From the NCBI GenBank assembly GCA_021731045.1, contig JAKFYE010000026.1, forward strand, positions 32,027 through 96,026: a stretch of DNA of 64,000 nucleotides, written 5' to 3'. This DNA comes from Bdellovibrionales bacterium. GTDB taxonomy: Bacteria; Bdellovibrionota; Bdellovibrionia; Bdellovibrionales; JAKFYE01. Every line of letters begins with the position of its first letter. Position 1 is the stretch's first letter. The notes under the pieces were generated by a model. That model saw nothing but the letters and a program-made list of their open reading frames with translations. It searched no databases and was not told the origin of the DNA. The position numbers and the translations under genes were made by a program. Positions 30,758-39,201 of the stretch are shown here, piece after piece.

Positions 30758-30764
30758 GAAAAAA

Positions 30765-30950
30765 TTACTTCGGAGTGTCGAGTGCGATGGTCGTCAGGAG
30801 GCCTCTCCAAACTTTAATTACTGAGCCCGGCTCATTGGTACGGCCGACGAGTCCACCAACGATTGAAAATGCAATCGTGATTAAAATAATCAGGAGTAAA
30901 ACGTACTCCACCATAACTTGGCCTTTTTGATTGCGAATCGTCTTAGACAT
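30765..30950 (-). CDS. Flp/TadE-type (class III signal peptide) small pilin-like protein
   Basis: KGQ|VMVEYVLLL: G-1 cleavage site with E+5 and Y+6, then a hydrophobic helix; 61 aa. Confidence 0.8.
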   Translation of the reverse strand: MSKTIRNQKGQVMVEYVLLLIILITIAFSIVGGLVGRTNEPGSVIKVWRGLLTTIALDTPK

Positions 30951-31031
30951 AAAATCGTATCGGATAGAAACATTGGGTAAGTTAGATTCTGAGCTTAGAC
31001 CTTGGCTTTTGGCCAGTCCATCAGAAGCAAA

Positions 31032-31694
31032 TTAAACACGCAAAGGTTCTGTGGCTATTCGGATGACAGTGTCAGTAAAAGCTTGAGCCGCATGCTCGCA
31101 ATCGCGAAGGCTACCTGAGAGAAGGGCGCCGCCAAAGTTGGTTTCGGTTGGAGGACCATAAAATTTTGCGAGATCTACACTTGCGGCTTTCATGGCGGCA
31201 TCAATGCCCACCATAGCTTCCATCGGGCACGCGATCAAATAGGCCAGCGCACTGCCGACTGGGACATCTGCCACTTTTGAAAGGTAATTCCCTACACTCG
31301 CAACGACATGCGGAAAGAAATTTACTTTTTGTTCCGGCATCACCGTATAAAACCATGCGTCTTTCTCGAGCGAAGTTTCAATCGCGCTTAAACCATCCGC
31401 AACCTCAGATGGGTCACGACCCGAAATAATTCCGATCGCTTCGCCTGAAAATGGGCCGCTCGCATGTGAGCTACCTGCATAAAAAGATTTTGCGTACACC
31501 ACATCGATCGGAGATTGTTTTGTCGCCTCGTCGAGCGCAACAAATAAAGCATCATCCATATCGCAAGTCACTAAACCTAAACTCACATGATGGGCGTGAC
31601 GAATTCCGTATTGCTTGGCCAGTGCGGGGGTAATTTGGTGAATCACTTGGCGACTTAAAATTTTAGGTTTTAATGGCGTTATGTCCATTCGCAA
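31032..31694 (-). CDS. eutL: Ethanolamine utilization microcompartment shell protein EutL (BMC-T)
   Basis: SLGLVT.D.DD..FVALDEATK, VYAKSFYAG, SGEAIGI, PPTETNFGGALLSG; follows eutC. Confidence 0.93.
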   Translation of the reverse strand: MRMDITPLKPKILSRQVIHQITPALAKQYGIRHAHHVSLGLVTCDMDDALFVALDEATKQSPIDVVYAKSFYAGSSHASGPFSGEAIGIISGRDPSEVADGLSAIETSLEKDAWFYTVMPEQKVNFFPHVVASVGNYLSKVADVPVGSALAYLIACPMEAMVGIDAAMKAASVDLAKFYGPPTETNFGGALLSGSLRDCEHAAQAFTDTVIRIATEPLRV

Positions 31695-31703
31695 CTCCTC
31701 AAA

Positions 31704-32597
31704 TTACAATTTAAGTTCGATGCCACTACAATCTTGCTCAAACATTTTTTTTACCATCGAAACGGTGAGCTTTGCCGCTTCAGTAGGTTTTATTCCCGTA
31801 TTATGAATATTCGAGATCATACTTTTTTTTGCATTCACTGCGCCCACCTTCGGACCATAGATCATGTAATTTGAAAGCGAATCACCCGAACCCAAACCCG
31901 GCCGTTCACCTAATAAGATAAGACTGACCTTCGCGCCCACCGTCTCACCAATAATATCTTGAATTGCAATGCGAGAATACTTGACGCAAAAAATAGTTCC
32001 TACGGTCATGCCCTCAGCCCGAAATAAATTGAGAAGCTCATCGACCATCGGCTTTGCGTATTTCTCGGTCGCCCACGCGCTTAATCCATCGGCTACGGTA
32101 ATTTGAACTTGTGGCGATTTGATTCCTTTTTCTTGAACGGTTTGTAAACTTGCTGGCGCCAGTTGTCGGCCCAAATCAGGTCGCAATAAAAATTCCTCTT
32201 TATCTTTGGCCAACGTTTGCAACGGAATCCATCCAAAATTTTCGGCAAACCCCGGTTTGATTTCGGCATACACCGCATCTTTGGCGATCGCATGATCTCC
32301 GCGAAGTTTTAACATCACACTCGTTAAATATCGTGTGCCAGCACGCCACACACCAAATCGTGCCGGCGTGGTGGCTAACATTTTTGATAACTCCAAAGGC
32401 TTTTGCGGAGAGGGAATCAGACTTGTCGATTCGCCTTTTACATCTTGCGCTTGCACGAGCCGTTTCACTATCGTGCTGACAATCGATTCGCTGTCCGTTT
32501 TTTCAGACACCGGTCGGCCTAACCAGCGACTGATGTTATCTTGCGCTTGCTTGCGACTGCGTTCTCTTAATTGTTGAAGTTCTGTATTTTGGTTCAT
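31704..32597 (-). CDS. eutC: Ethanolamine ammonia-lyase light chain
   Basis: TPAR, DHAIAKDAV, LLRPDLGR, ADGLS, GERPGL; ATG overlaps the eutB stop (ATGA). Confidence 0.95.
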   Translation of the reverse strand: MNQNTELQQLRERSRKQAQDNISRWLGRPVSEKTDSESIVSTIVKRLVQAQDVKGESTSLIPSPQKPLELSKMLATTPARFGVWRAGTRYLTSVMLKLRGDHAIAKDAVYAEIKPGFAENFGWIPLQTLAKDKEEFLLRPDLGRQLAPASLQTVQEKGIKSPQVQITVADGLSAWATEKYAKPMVDELLNLFRAEGMTVGTIFCVKYSRIAIQDIIGETVGAKVSLILLGERPGLGSGDSLSNYMIYGPKVGAVNAKKSMISNIHNTGIKPTEAAKLTVSMVKKMFEQDCSGIELKL

Positions 32598-33955
32598 GAG
32601 AAAATTGTGGGATCTCCTGCTTTTGCGGTTAATCGACCATTGTGCCAAAGACCCATGCGCTCCATCCACTTTTCAAATTCGGGAGTTGGTTTGTAATTAA
32701 AAACAGTTCTCAGCGAAGCGTTGTCATGAAAACTTGTCGACTGATAATTCAACATCACATCGTCACCCATTGGTAAACTCATCAAATAATTCACCCCAGC
32801 GGCTGCCAGCAAAATCGCTAAATCCTCTTGATCATTTTGATCGGCGACGGCGTGATTGGTATAGCAGTCATCGCAGCCCATGCTAATTCCTGAAAGTTTT
32901 CCCATAAAATGATCTTCGAGACCTGCACGAATAATTTGTTTAGCATCATATAAATATTCAGGGCCGATAAAACCCACGACGGAATTCACCAAAAATGGTT
33001 TGTATCTGCGGGCGAGCGCATACGCGCGGGCCTCCATCGTCAATTGATCGGCACCGTGATGACCGTTGGCACTGAGCGCGGTCCCCTCACCGGTTTCAAA
33101 ATACATCACGTTGGGGCCTTTGGCCGAACCTTTTTTGAGAGTCATGTCGTAAGCTTCATCTAAAAGTTTAATGGTCACACCAAATTCGGCATTTGTGATT
33201 TCACTGCCCGCAATACTTTGAAACATTAAATCTAGAGGCGCGCCTTTTTCTAGTGCACGCATTTGCGTGACCAAATGGGCGAGCACGCAGTTTTGCGTAG
33301 GAATACGATATTTATTCATCAACTCTTTTGTGGCCGAAAGAATTTCGTAGCAACTTTCGACTCGATCTGTTGACGGATTAATTCCTAAAACCGCATCGCC
33401 CGTTCCGTAAGAAAACCCTTCTTTCGCCCCGCTAATAATGCCTTCGACATTATCGGTGGGATGATTCGTTTGGAGTCGCGAAGAAATTCGCCCTTCAAGC
33501 CCTACGGTGGAATTGCAATGTACCACCACGCGAATTTTTTTAGCCGCCACGATCAAATCCATATTCGACATGCATTTCGCGACGGCCGAAATCGCTTCGG
33601 GAGTGAGGCCCGGTGAAATTTTTAAGACGTCGTCTCCTGAAGTCGTATCTTGCAAAAGCCATTCTCGTAGCTGAGAAACCGTCCAATTTTTTGTTTTTGC
33701 AAATGCGTCTTTATCGAGGGAATCAATCGCGAGTCGCGTGATCTCGTCGATTTCGTATGGCACAACCGGATTTTCAAATAATTCATGCAGGGTGACTTCA
33801 GAAAGTAAAATTTTAGCGACGACGCGCTGGCGTGTATTTTCGGCTGCTATGCCGGCCATTTGATCTCCCGACTTCAGCTCATTGGCTTTTGCGAGAAGAT
33901 CTTTTAGACTTTTAAAGTTGTAAGAGGCGCCCCACATTTGCGTCGACAATCGCAT
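32594..33955 (-). CDS. eutB: Ethanolamine ammonia-lyase heavy chain
   Basis: LLAKAN..SGD, RLQTNHPTD, GDAVLGINP, YFETG, NSVVGFIGPEYLYD; 453 aa from ATG 33955. Confidence 0.97.
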   Translation of the reverse strand: MRLSTQMWGASYNFKSLKDLLAKANELKSGDQMAGIAAENTRQRVVAKILLSEVTLHELFENPVVPYEIDEITRLAIDSLDKDAFAKTKNWTVSQLREWLLQDTTSGDDVLKISPGLTPEAISAVAKCMSNMDLIVAAKKIRVVVHCNSTVGLEGRISSRLQTNHPTDNVEGIISGAKEGFSYGTGDAVLGINPSTDRVESCYEILSATKELMNKYRIPTQNCVLAHLVTQMRALEKGAPLDLMFQSIAGSEITNAEFGVTIKLLDEAYDMTLKKGSAKGPNVMYFETGEGTALSANGHHGADQLTMEARAYALARRYKPFLVNSVVGFIGPEYLYDAKQIIRAGLEDHFMGKLSGISMGCDDCYTNHAVADQNDQEDLAILLAAAGVNYLMSLPMGDDVMLNYQSTSFHDNASLRTVFNYKPTPEFEKWMERMGLWHNGRLTAKAGDPTIFS

Positions 33956-34010
33956 CCCGAAAGTCTCTCTAAGTCCGCTCTCAAGTGTCAAGACAATGCA
34001 TCGCACCAGC

Positions 34011-34267
34011 TCGTCATCCTGAGCGAGCATCGTCATCCTGAGCGAGCATCGTCATCCTGAGCGAGCATCGTCATCCTGAGCGAGCATCGTCATCCTGAGC
34101 GAGCATCGTCATCCTGAGCGAGCATCGTCATCCTGAGCGAGCATCGTCATTCTGAGCGAGCATCGTCATCCTGAGCGCAGCATCGTCATCCTGAGCGAGC
34201 ATCGTCATCCTGAGCGAGCATCGTCATCCTGAGCGAGCATCGTCATCCTGAGCGCAGCGAAGGATCT
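34011..34267. repeat. Tandem array of 13 copies of a 19-bp REP-like unit TCGTCATCCTGAGCGAGCA
   Basis: 12 near-identical units (unit 8 has C>T, unit 9 has a 1-nt insertion) plus a final complete palindrome GTCATCCTGAGCGCAGCGAAGGATCT; no spacers. Confidence 0.97.
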
Positions 34268-34387
34268 CGTCGTCTTCTGGAAGAGCCAGTTTGTAAATGG
34301 AGCGAGTGCGGTTAGCCTTCCACTTATCCCCTTCAATGTTTCAAAACAGGACTGCTGAATTGAATCCAAGATGGGAGAGCTAAATAA

Positions 34388-34519
34388 CTACAAAAGCTTA
34401 TAAAGTTTCATCGCAATTTCGACCAATCCCAACAAATTCTTTAGAATCAAAGACCACAGACCAATCTCCTCTAAAGTTTGCCGCAATCGGAACCGATATT
34501 TCTTATGTCTGTCGGACAT
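34388..34519 (-). CDS. Small 43-aa basic/amphipathic peptide, candidate type I toxin
   Basis: Below the ORF-track cutoff. MSDRHKKYRFRLRQTLEEIGLWSLILKNLLGLVEIAMKLYKLL*; AAGGAGG SD inside a CCTCCT-GAAA-AGGAGG hairpin (34524-34539). Confidence 0.6.
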   Translation of the reverse strand: MSDRHKKYRFRLRQTLEEIGLWSLILKNLLGLVEIAMKLYKLL

Positions 34520-34553
34520 AAAACCTCCTTTTCAGGAGGGGACTAAAGCTTCG

Positions 34554-34581
34554 GGCCGCGTAACCGCGGCCTTTTTCTTTT
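34554..34581 (+). terminator. Orphan Rho-independent terminator (candidate antisense-RNA 3' end)
   Basis: GGCCGCG-TAAC-CGCGGCC followed by TTTTTCTTTT; no + strand CDS upstream of it. Confidence 0.75.
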
Positions 34582-35013
34582 CAAATTAGAGACCGGGATT
34601 AGAAGCAATCAAAGTCGTCGAAAGATTAAAACTTCCGAGACTCGAGTGAGAGTCTCATTGAAATACGATCGTAGAAGTCACAGGCATGTGGAAAGGGTAA
34701 TCGCATAGTGCGAAAACCTTCTTTGCCTGAATCTTTCCGAGCGCAAGAGCGACCATTTTCATTTAAATTCGATACAAGGATTGAGCCCGCCATTGTCACT
34801 TCTTAACGGCCGGATCTAACTAACTCTCAGTCTGCGCTGGACTAATTTTCGTACCGTTGAGTTTAAGGGCAAAAAAGCTATTCCTTGAAATTCAACTCAC
34901 GAAGTGAGAGGTTGATCTCAATGAAATCAGCCACATAATTGGTGTTCGTGCCGTATTCGGGTTGGTCCACGATGGTTAGGCCGATACAAAATTTGAAAGG
35001 AATGAACATTTCT

Positions 35014-35514
35014 ATGAAAAAACATTTATTTTTAATTGTTAGCGCCCTTGTTGTAAGCGGCGTAGCCCAAGCGGGCCAAGCTCCTCAATTTGGTGACATC
35101 GTCAGAAACTCCGATGGAAGTATCCTTTATATGAGCCAATTCGATGCCGTCGACTATTGCGCCAACCAGGGCATGCACCTGCCAAGTGCAAGGGAATTGG
35201 CTCAGTTGTCACAAAGCCTTGGAGCTCGAGGGATTAAAGAAGACTACGAATTTCCTGGGCCTGCCGCCTATTATAACCCTGGGTATATTCCTGTTAACGG
35301 AAAAAATTCAGATGGCAAAATCGACAGTTTTTATTTCGACTTCCATGGTTATAACCGCCCTGCAGGCGACCTTGGTAATAATTGGTTTTGGTCGTCGTCG
35401 GTCAACCGTTATTATATAGGCGACGCTTTCATTCTCGATGGTCGCGACGGTGACGTCTTTCGCTTCCCACAAAGTGTCAGCCACGTTGCGGTTCGCTGCG
35501 TAGCCGGCCAATAG
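35014..35514 (+). CDS. Secreted DUF1566/Lcl-C (C-type-lectin-like fold) protein
   Basis: Signal peptide MKKHLFLIVSALVVSGVAQA; A..YC..G.HLPS..EL, WFWSSS and terminal AVRCV motifs. Confidence 0.8.
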   Translation: MKKHLFLIVSALVVSGVAQAGQAPQFGDIVRNSDGSILYMSQFDAVDYCANQGMHLPSARELAQLSQSLGARGIKEDYEFPGPAAYYNPGYIPVNGKNSDGKIDSFYFDFHGYNRPAGDLGNNWFWSSSVNRYYIGDAFILDGRDGDVFRFPQSVSHVAVRCVAGQ

Positions 35515-35777
35515 TCAGCTTAACAGCACGCTAGCCCTTTTTTGTTTTGAATGTATGGTTGTGGGCTAAAACGAATCTCTGAGACCGTGACCAAAACCAC
35601 TGGATATACGTGCACGAGTCTGGCCGTGAAAGCGCTGACGTTATTGTCAGGGGCAATCCGTCAATTTCTTTACCGTCATGCCTTTGCCATTTCCATATGC
35701 CTGTGACTAATGCCTATAGGACTTTTGCCAATCACTTTTTTTGCATTCTTTCCTAGAAATCCTAACTCAAGCGGCTC

Positions 35778-36188
35778 TCAAGCTTCCGCAAAGAGAGGGC
35801 GTGATGTCGGAGCTGCGCTATCAAATATCTCTTCCACGCGTGAGATGATGTGCTGGAGAGACGACGACGTCCAAACGGGTCCGCAAATTGCGACCACCGG
35901 AGATTCTCCGACGAGAGTGTCAGCAAATGTCGCGGTTGTATTAAAGTGTTCCGCAAACGTTTGTTCATCTGGATACATTAAAACAAAAAGTGCGCGGTCT
36001 TGAGTGCTGCCAGAGCGAGGAGGGCGAATTTTTTCACCCAACACTTCGTGCAATTCAAAATACATTCTTAAAGCCTCGGCCTCTTGGCTTTGGGCAAAAT
36101 ACAAACGAAACGGCCCATCAAAAATCGCCATATTAAAAATCGGCAGGAAGTACTTCGACTGAATCAGTAGGCTTGTTGCTGTTCCCAT
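35778..36188 (-). CDS. Hypothetical protein
   Basis: AGGAG RBS before ATG 36188; SKYF..FN.AIFDGPFRLYFAQ looks like a conserved globular segment; family not recognised. Confidence 0.7.
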   Translation of the reverse strand: MGTATSLLIQSKYFLPIFNMAIFDGPFRLYFAQSQEAEALRMYFELHEVLGEKIRPPRSGSTQDRALFVLMYPDEQTFAEHFNTTATFADTLVGESPVVAICGPVWTSSSLQHIISRVEEIFDSAAPTSRPLFAEA

Positions 36189-36288
36189 GTTGTGGTCTCC
36201 TGATGAATTCTGCACACTCAAAGCAAACCACGGATATTTTTTAGAAATCAAACAAATAATTTAAGATTTTTTAAGATTGTTGAATCTT

Positions 36289-37524
36289 TTATAATTTATT
36301 TTCCACAACGGATTTTCCGCGAGACCACACGGACTGGACAGGCGTATGACCGACTTGATAGAAAAGCTCCTGCCAGTTTGAATCTAACACAATAAAATCA
36401 GCCACTTTGCCAACCTCAAGACTTCCAAGTTCGTTTTGAAGCCCCAAAGCGTACGCTGCTCCTAAAGTGTAGGCGACCAAAACTTCCGCCAAACTCATTT
36501 TCATCTGTAAACGAGCCAAAACTCCCACAAAAGAAATATCCTGAGTCGGAGACGTCCCTGGATTAAAATCGGTGGCTAAGGCCACGCGTGCCCCCGCCTC
36601 AATCAATTTTCGGGCTGGCGGGTAATTCATTTTTAAATAAAGATCGGACGTAGGCAAAAGCACCGCGGTGGTTTCTGACTTTGCGAGCGCCTCAATGTCA
36701 TCATCATTAATCTGAATGACGTGATCGGCAGAAATAGCGCCAAGTTCCACCGCAAGCTGCGTCGCCCCTGTTCGATGCATTTGATCCGCATGCACCACAA
36801 GATCCCACCCAAATGATTTTATAATTTGAGCGTAACGGCGCGCGCCTTCTATAGAAAAATAGCCCTTATCCACAAAAATATCTGCGCGCTTAGTGAGTTT
36901 TGAATTTGCGAGCTTTGGAAGATGCTCTAAAAGAATCTCGTTCAGATAAAAATCAACGTTGCTATGCTTTTCTGGAACCGCATGCGGGCCTAAATACGTC
37001 GAAACCACCCGAAACGATTTATTAAGTCGAGACGCCATTTTTAAGAGCCGAGTTTCAGATTTTAAATCAAGACCGTAACCACTTTTGATTTCTACAGTGG
37101 TCACTCCTTGTCTTTGAAACTCCAAAAGTCTTTTTTTACCAAGCGTCTCTAAGGCTTTGTCAGAAATGTCGCGCGTTTGATTGACGGTAGAACGAATGCC
37201 TCCACCTTTTTCTGCAATTTGTTGATAACTCGCGCCTTGGTTACGAAGCTCAAATTCTTCGGCTCGAGTTCCACCAAAAAGCGTGTGCGTGTGACATTCT
37301 ACAAATGCCGGTAAAACCGTTTTCTTTTTTAACGATACGGATTTTGATTTTTTATAGTGAGGCGGAAGTTTTTTAGATTCTCCCACCCAAACGATTTTCT
37401 CTTTTTCGATGACCATCGCCGCATTTTTTATCACGGAAAGGTCTTCAAGTTTTATGTTACGGGCTTTTTTATGTGAGGCTTTCGATAAAGTGAATAGCTC
37501 GGCAATATCTTTTAAGACGATCAC
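36289..37524 (-). CDS. hutI: Imidazolonepropionase
   Basis: CHTH, GGGI, EIKSGYGL, HADQ, ATDFNPG. Confidence 0.96.
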   Translation of the reverse strand: MIVLKDIAELFTLSKASHKKARNIKLEDLSVIKNAAMVIEKEKIVWVGESKKLPPHYKKSKSVSLKKKTVLPAFVECHTHTLFGGTRAEEFELRNQGASYQQIAEKGGGIRSTVNQTRDISDKALETLGKKRLLEFQRQGVTTVEIKSGYGLDLKSETRLLKMASRLNKSFRVVSTYLGPHAVPEKHSNVDFYLNEILLEHLPKLANSKLTKRADIFVDKGYFSIEGARRYAQIIKSFGWDLVVHADQMHRTGATQLAVELGAISADHVIQINDDDIEALAKSETTAVLLPTSDLYLKMNYPPARKLIEAGARVALATDFNPGTSPTQDISFVGVLARLQMKMSLAEVLVAYTLGAAYALGLQNELGSLEVGKVADFIVLDSNWQELFYQVGHTPVQSVWSRGKSVVENKL

Positions 37525-37537
37525 GCATTACCTCAAA

Positions 37538-39187
37538 TCAAAAGATAAGACCTTCACCCAAGAGATGGCGCTCATGCCCGATCGTTTTAGCCTCTTCATA
37601 TCCTGCATCGATATGTCGGTAGAGTCCCATAGCCGGATCACATGTCAAGACTCGTTCCAACCGTTTCGCCGCTTCAGATGTTCCGTCCGCCACGATCACT
37701 TGACCTGCGTGCAACGAATATCCCATTCCAACTCCACCGCCGTGGTGAAAGCTGACCCACGTCGCGCCACACGCCACATTTCCCATCGCATTTAACAATG
37801 GCCAATCCGCTACTGCATCTGATCCATCTTTCATCGCTTCGGTTTCGCGATTCGGGCTTGCTACGCTTCCACAATCTAAATGATCCCGTCCAATCACGAG
37901 GGGCGCTTTGACTTTTCCTTGCGCGACGAGTTCGTTAAATTTGCGACCCGCTAAAGCCCGCTCGCCGTATTCCAACCAACAAATGCGTGCGGGTAAACCT
38001 TGAAAGCGAATGCGTTCTTCGGCCATATCCAACCAACGTAAAAGAGATTTTTTATGAGGAAATAACTCGCGAAGCGCATCATCCGTAACCTGAATATCTG
38101 AAGGATCACCCGAGAGCGCGACCCAACGAAACGGGCCACTGCCACGACAAAATAAAGGGCGAATATATTCGGGAACAAATCCCGGAATATCAAATGCATT
38201 CTCGCAGCCGGCTTCTTGCGCGCGTGCACGAATATTATTTCCGTAATCAAACGTGATCGCGCCACGTTTTTGCATTTGCAACATACCTTCAACATGTTTT
38301 TTCATACTGAGTTTAGATAAATGTACGTATTTTTTAGGATCGCTCGCACGTAACTTTGCGGCCTGTTCCATCGAATGACCTTCAGGTATATAGCCCACAA
38401 GCGGATCATGAGCAGAGGTTTGGTCGGTTAAAATATCGGGAGTAAAGCCGCGTTTAATAAGTTCGTGAATCACTTCGGCCATGTTCCCAAGTAAAGCAAT
38501 CGATCGCGCCTTTTTTTCGGATTTATATTTCGAGACAAGTTTTAGAGCTTCATCGATGTTTGCCGCTTGCTCATCGACATATTGAGTTTGCAAACGTTTA
38601 TCGATACGCGTTTGATCCACCTCAACGCCCAGAACAACTGCGCCTGCAAAAACTCCGGCCAAAGGTTGTGCCCCGCCCATGCCTCCGAGCCCTGCAGTTA
38701 AAATCACGCGTCCCGCAAGATCTCCTCCAAAATATTTTCGTCCACATTCAACAAAAGTTTCGTACGTACCCTGAACAATTCCTTGCGAACCAATGTAAAT
38801 CCAAGAGCCCGCCGTCATTTGGCCATACATCATAAGACCTTTGCGATCGAGTTCATTAAAATGTTCCCAGTTGGCCCAATTTCCGACTAAGTTTGAATTC
38901 GCGAGCAAAACTCTCGGTGCATCGGCGTGCGTTTTTAAAATTCCCACCGGCTTTCCTGACTGAATCAAGAGCGTTTCGTCGTTCTCAAGCTTTTTAAGGG
39001 CTTCTAATATTTTTTCGAAGGCCGGCCAATTTCTAGCGGCTTTTCCGATTCCACCATATACAATAAGGTCTTCGGGCTTTTCGGCAACGTCTGGATCTAA
39101 ATTATTTTGGATCATGCGGTAAGCCGCTTCTTGCAACCAACCCTTACAACTCAATTTACTTCCCGTCGGAGCTTTCACAGTTCTCAT
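37538..39187 (-). CDS. hutU: Urocanate hydratase
   Basis: [44 protein letters not shown]. Confidence 0.98.
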   Translation of the reverse strand: MRTVKAPTGSKLSCKGWLQEAAYRMIQNNLDPDVAEKPEDLIVYGGIGKAARNWPAFEKILEALKKLENDETLLIQSGKPVGILKTHADAPRVLLANSNLVGNWANWEHFNELDRKGLMMYGQMTAGSWIYIGSQGIVQGTYETFVECGRKYFGGDLAGRVILTAGLGGMGGAQPLAGVFAGAVVLGVEVDQTRIDKRLQTQYVDEQAANIDEALKLVSKYKSEKKARSIALLGNMAEVIHELIKRGFTPDILTDQTSAHDPLVGYIPEGHSMEQAAKLRASDPKKYVHLSKLSMKKHVEGMLQMQKRGAITFDYGNNIRARAQEAGCENAFDIPGFVPEYIRPLFCRGSGPFRWVALSGDPSDIQVTDDALRELFPHKKSLLRWLDMAEERIRFQGLPARICWLEYGERALAGRKFNELVAQGKVKAPLVIGRDHLDCGSVASPNRETEAMKDGSDAVADWPLLNAMGNVACGATWVSFHHGGGVGMGYSLHAGQVIVADGTSEAAKRLERVLTCDPAMGLYRHIDAGYEEAKTIGHERHLLGEGLIF

Positions 39188-39201
39188 TTTTTACCTAATG
39201 C

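Noticed and set aside
30547-30930. 127-aa ORF and its look-alike at 46861-47223 as a duplicated protein family
   Set aside because: Similarity is confined to the hairpin element, the starts differ, there is no RBS, and both run antisense into real genes. Most likely shadows of the non-coding repeat.
33956-34036. N-terminal extension of EutB in the ORF track (MTMLAQDD...)
   Set aside because: It starts inside the tandem repeat; EutB-like sequence begins at ATG 33955 and gives the usual ~453 aa length.
34011-34267. Possible CRISPR array
   Set aside because: Units are directly abutting with no unique spacers, are only 19 bp, and no cas genes are present.
33956-34400. Cobalamin riboswitch or ANTAR hairpins upstream of eutB
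   Set aside because: No B12-box-like motif or twin ANTAR loops seen; the promoter appears to lie directly before the ATG.
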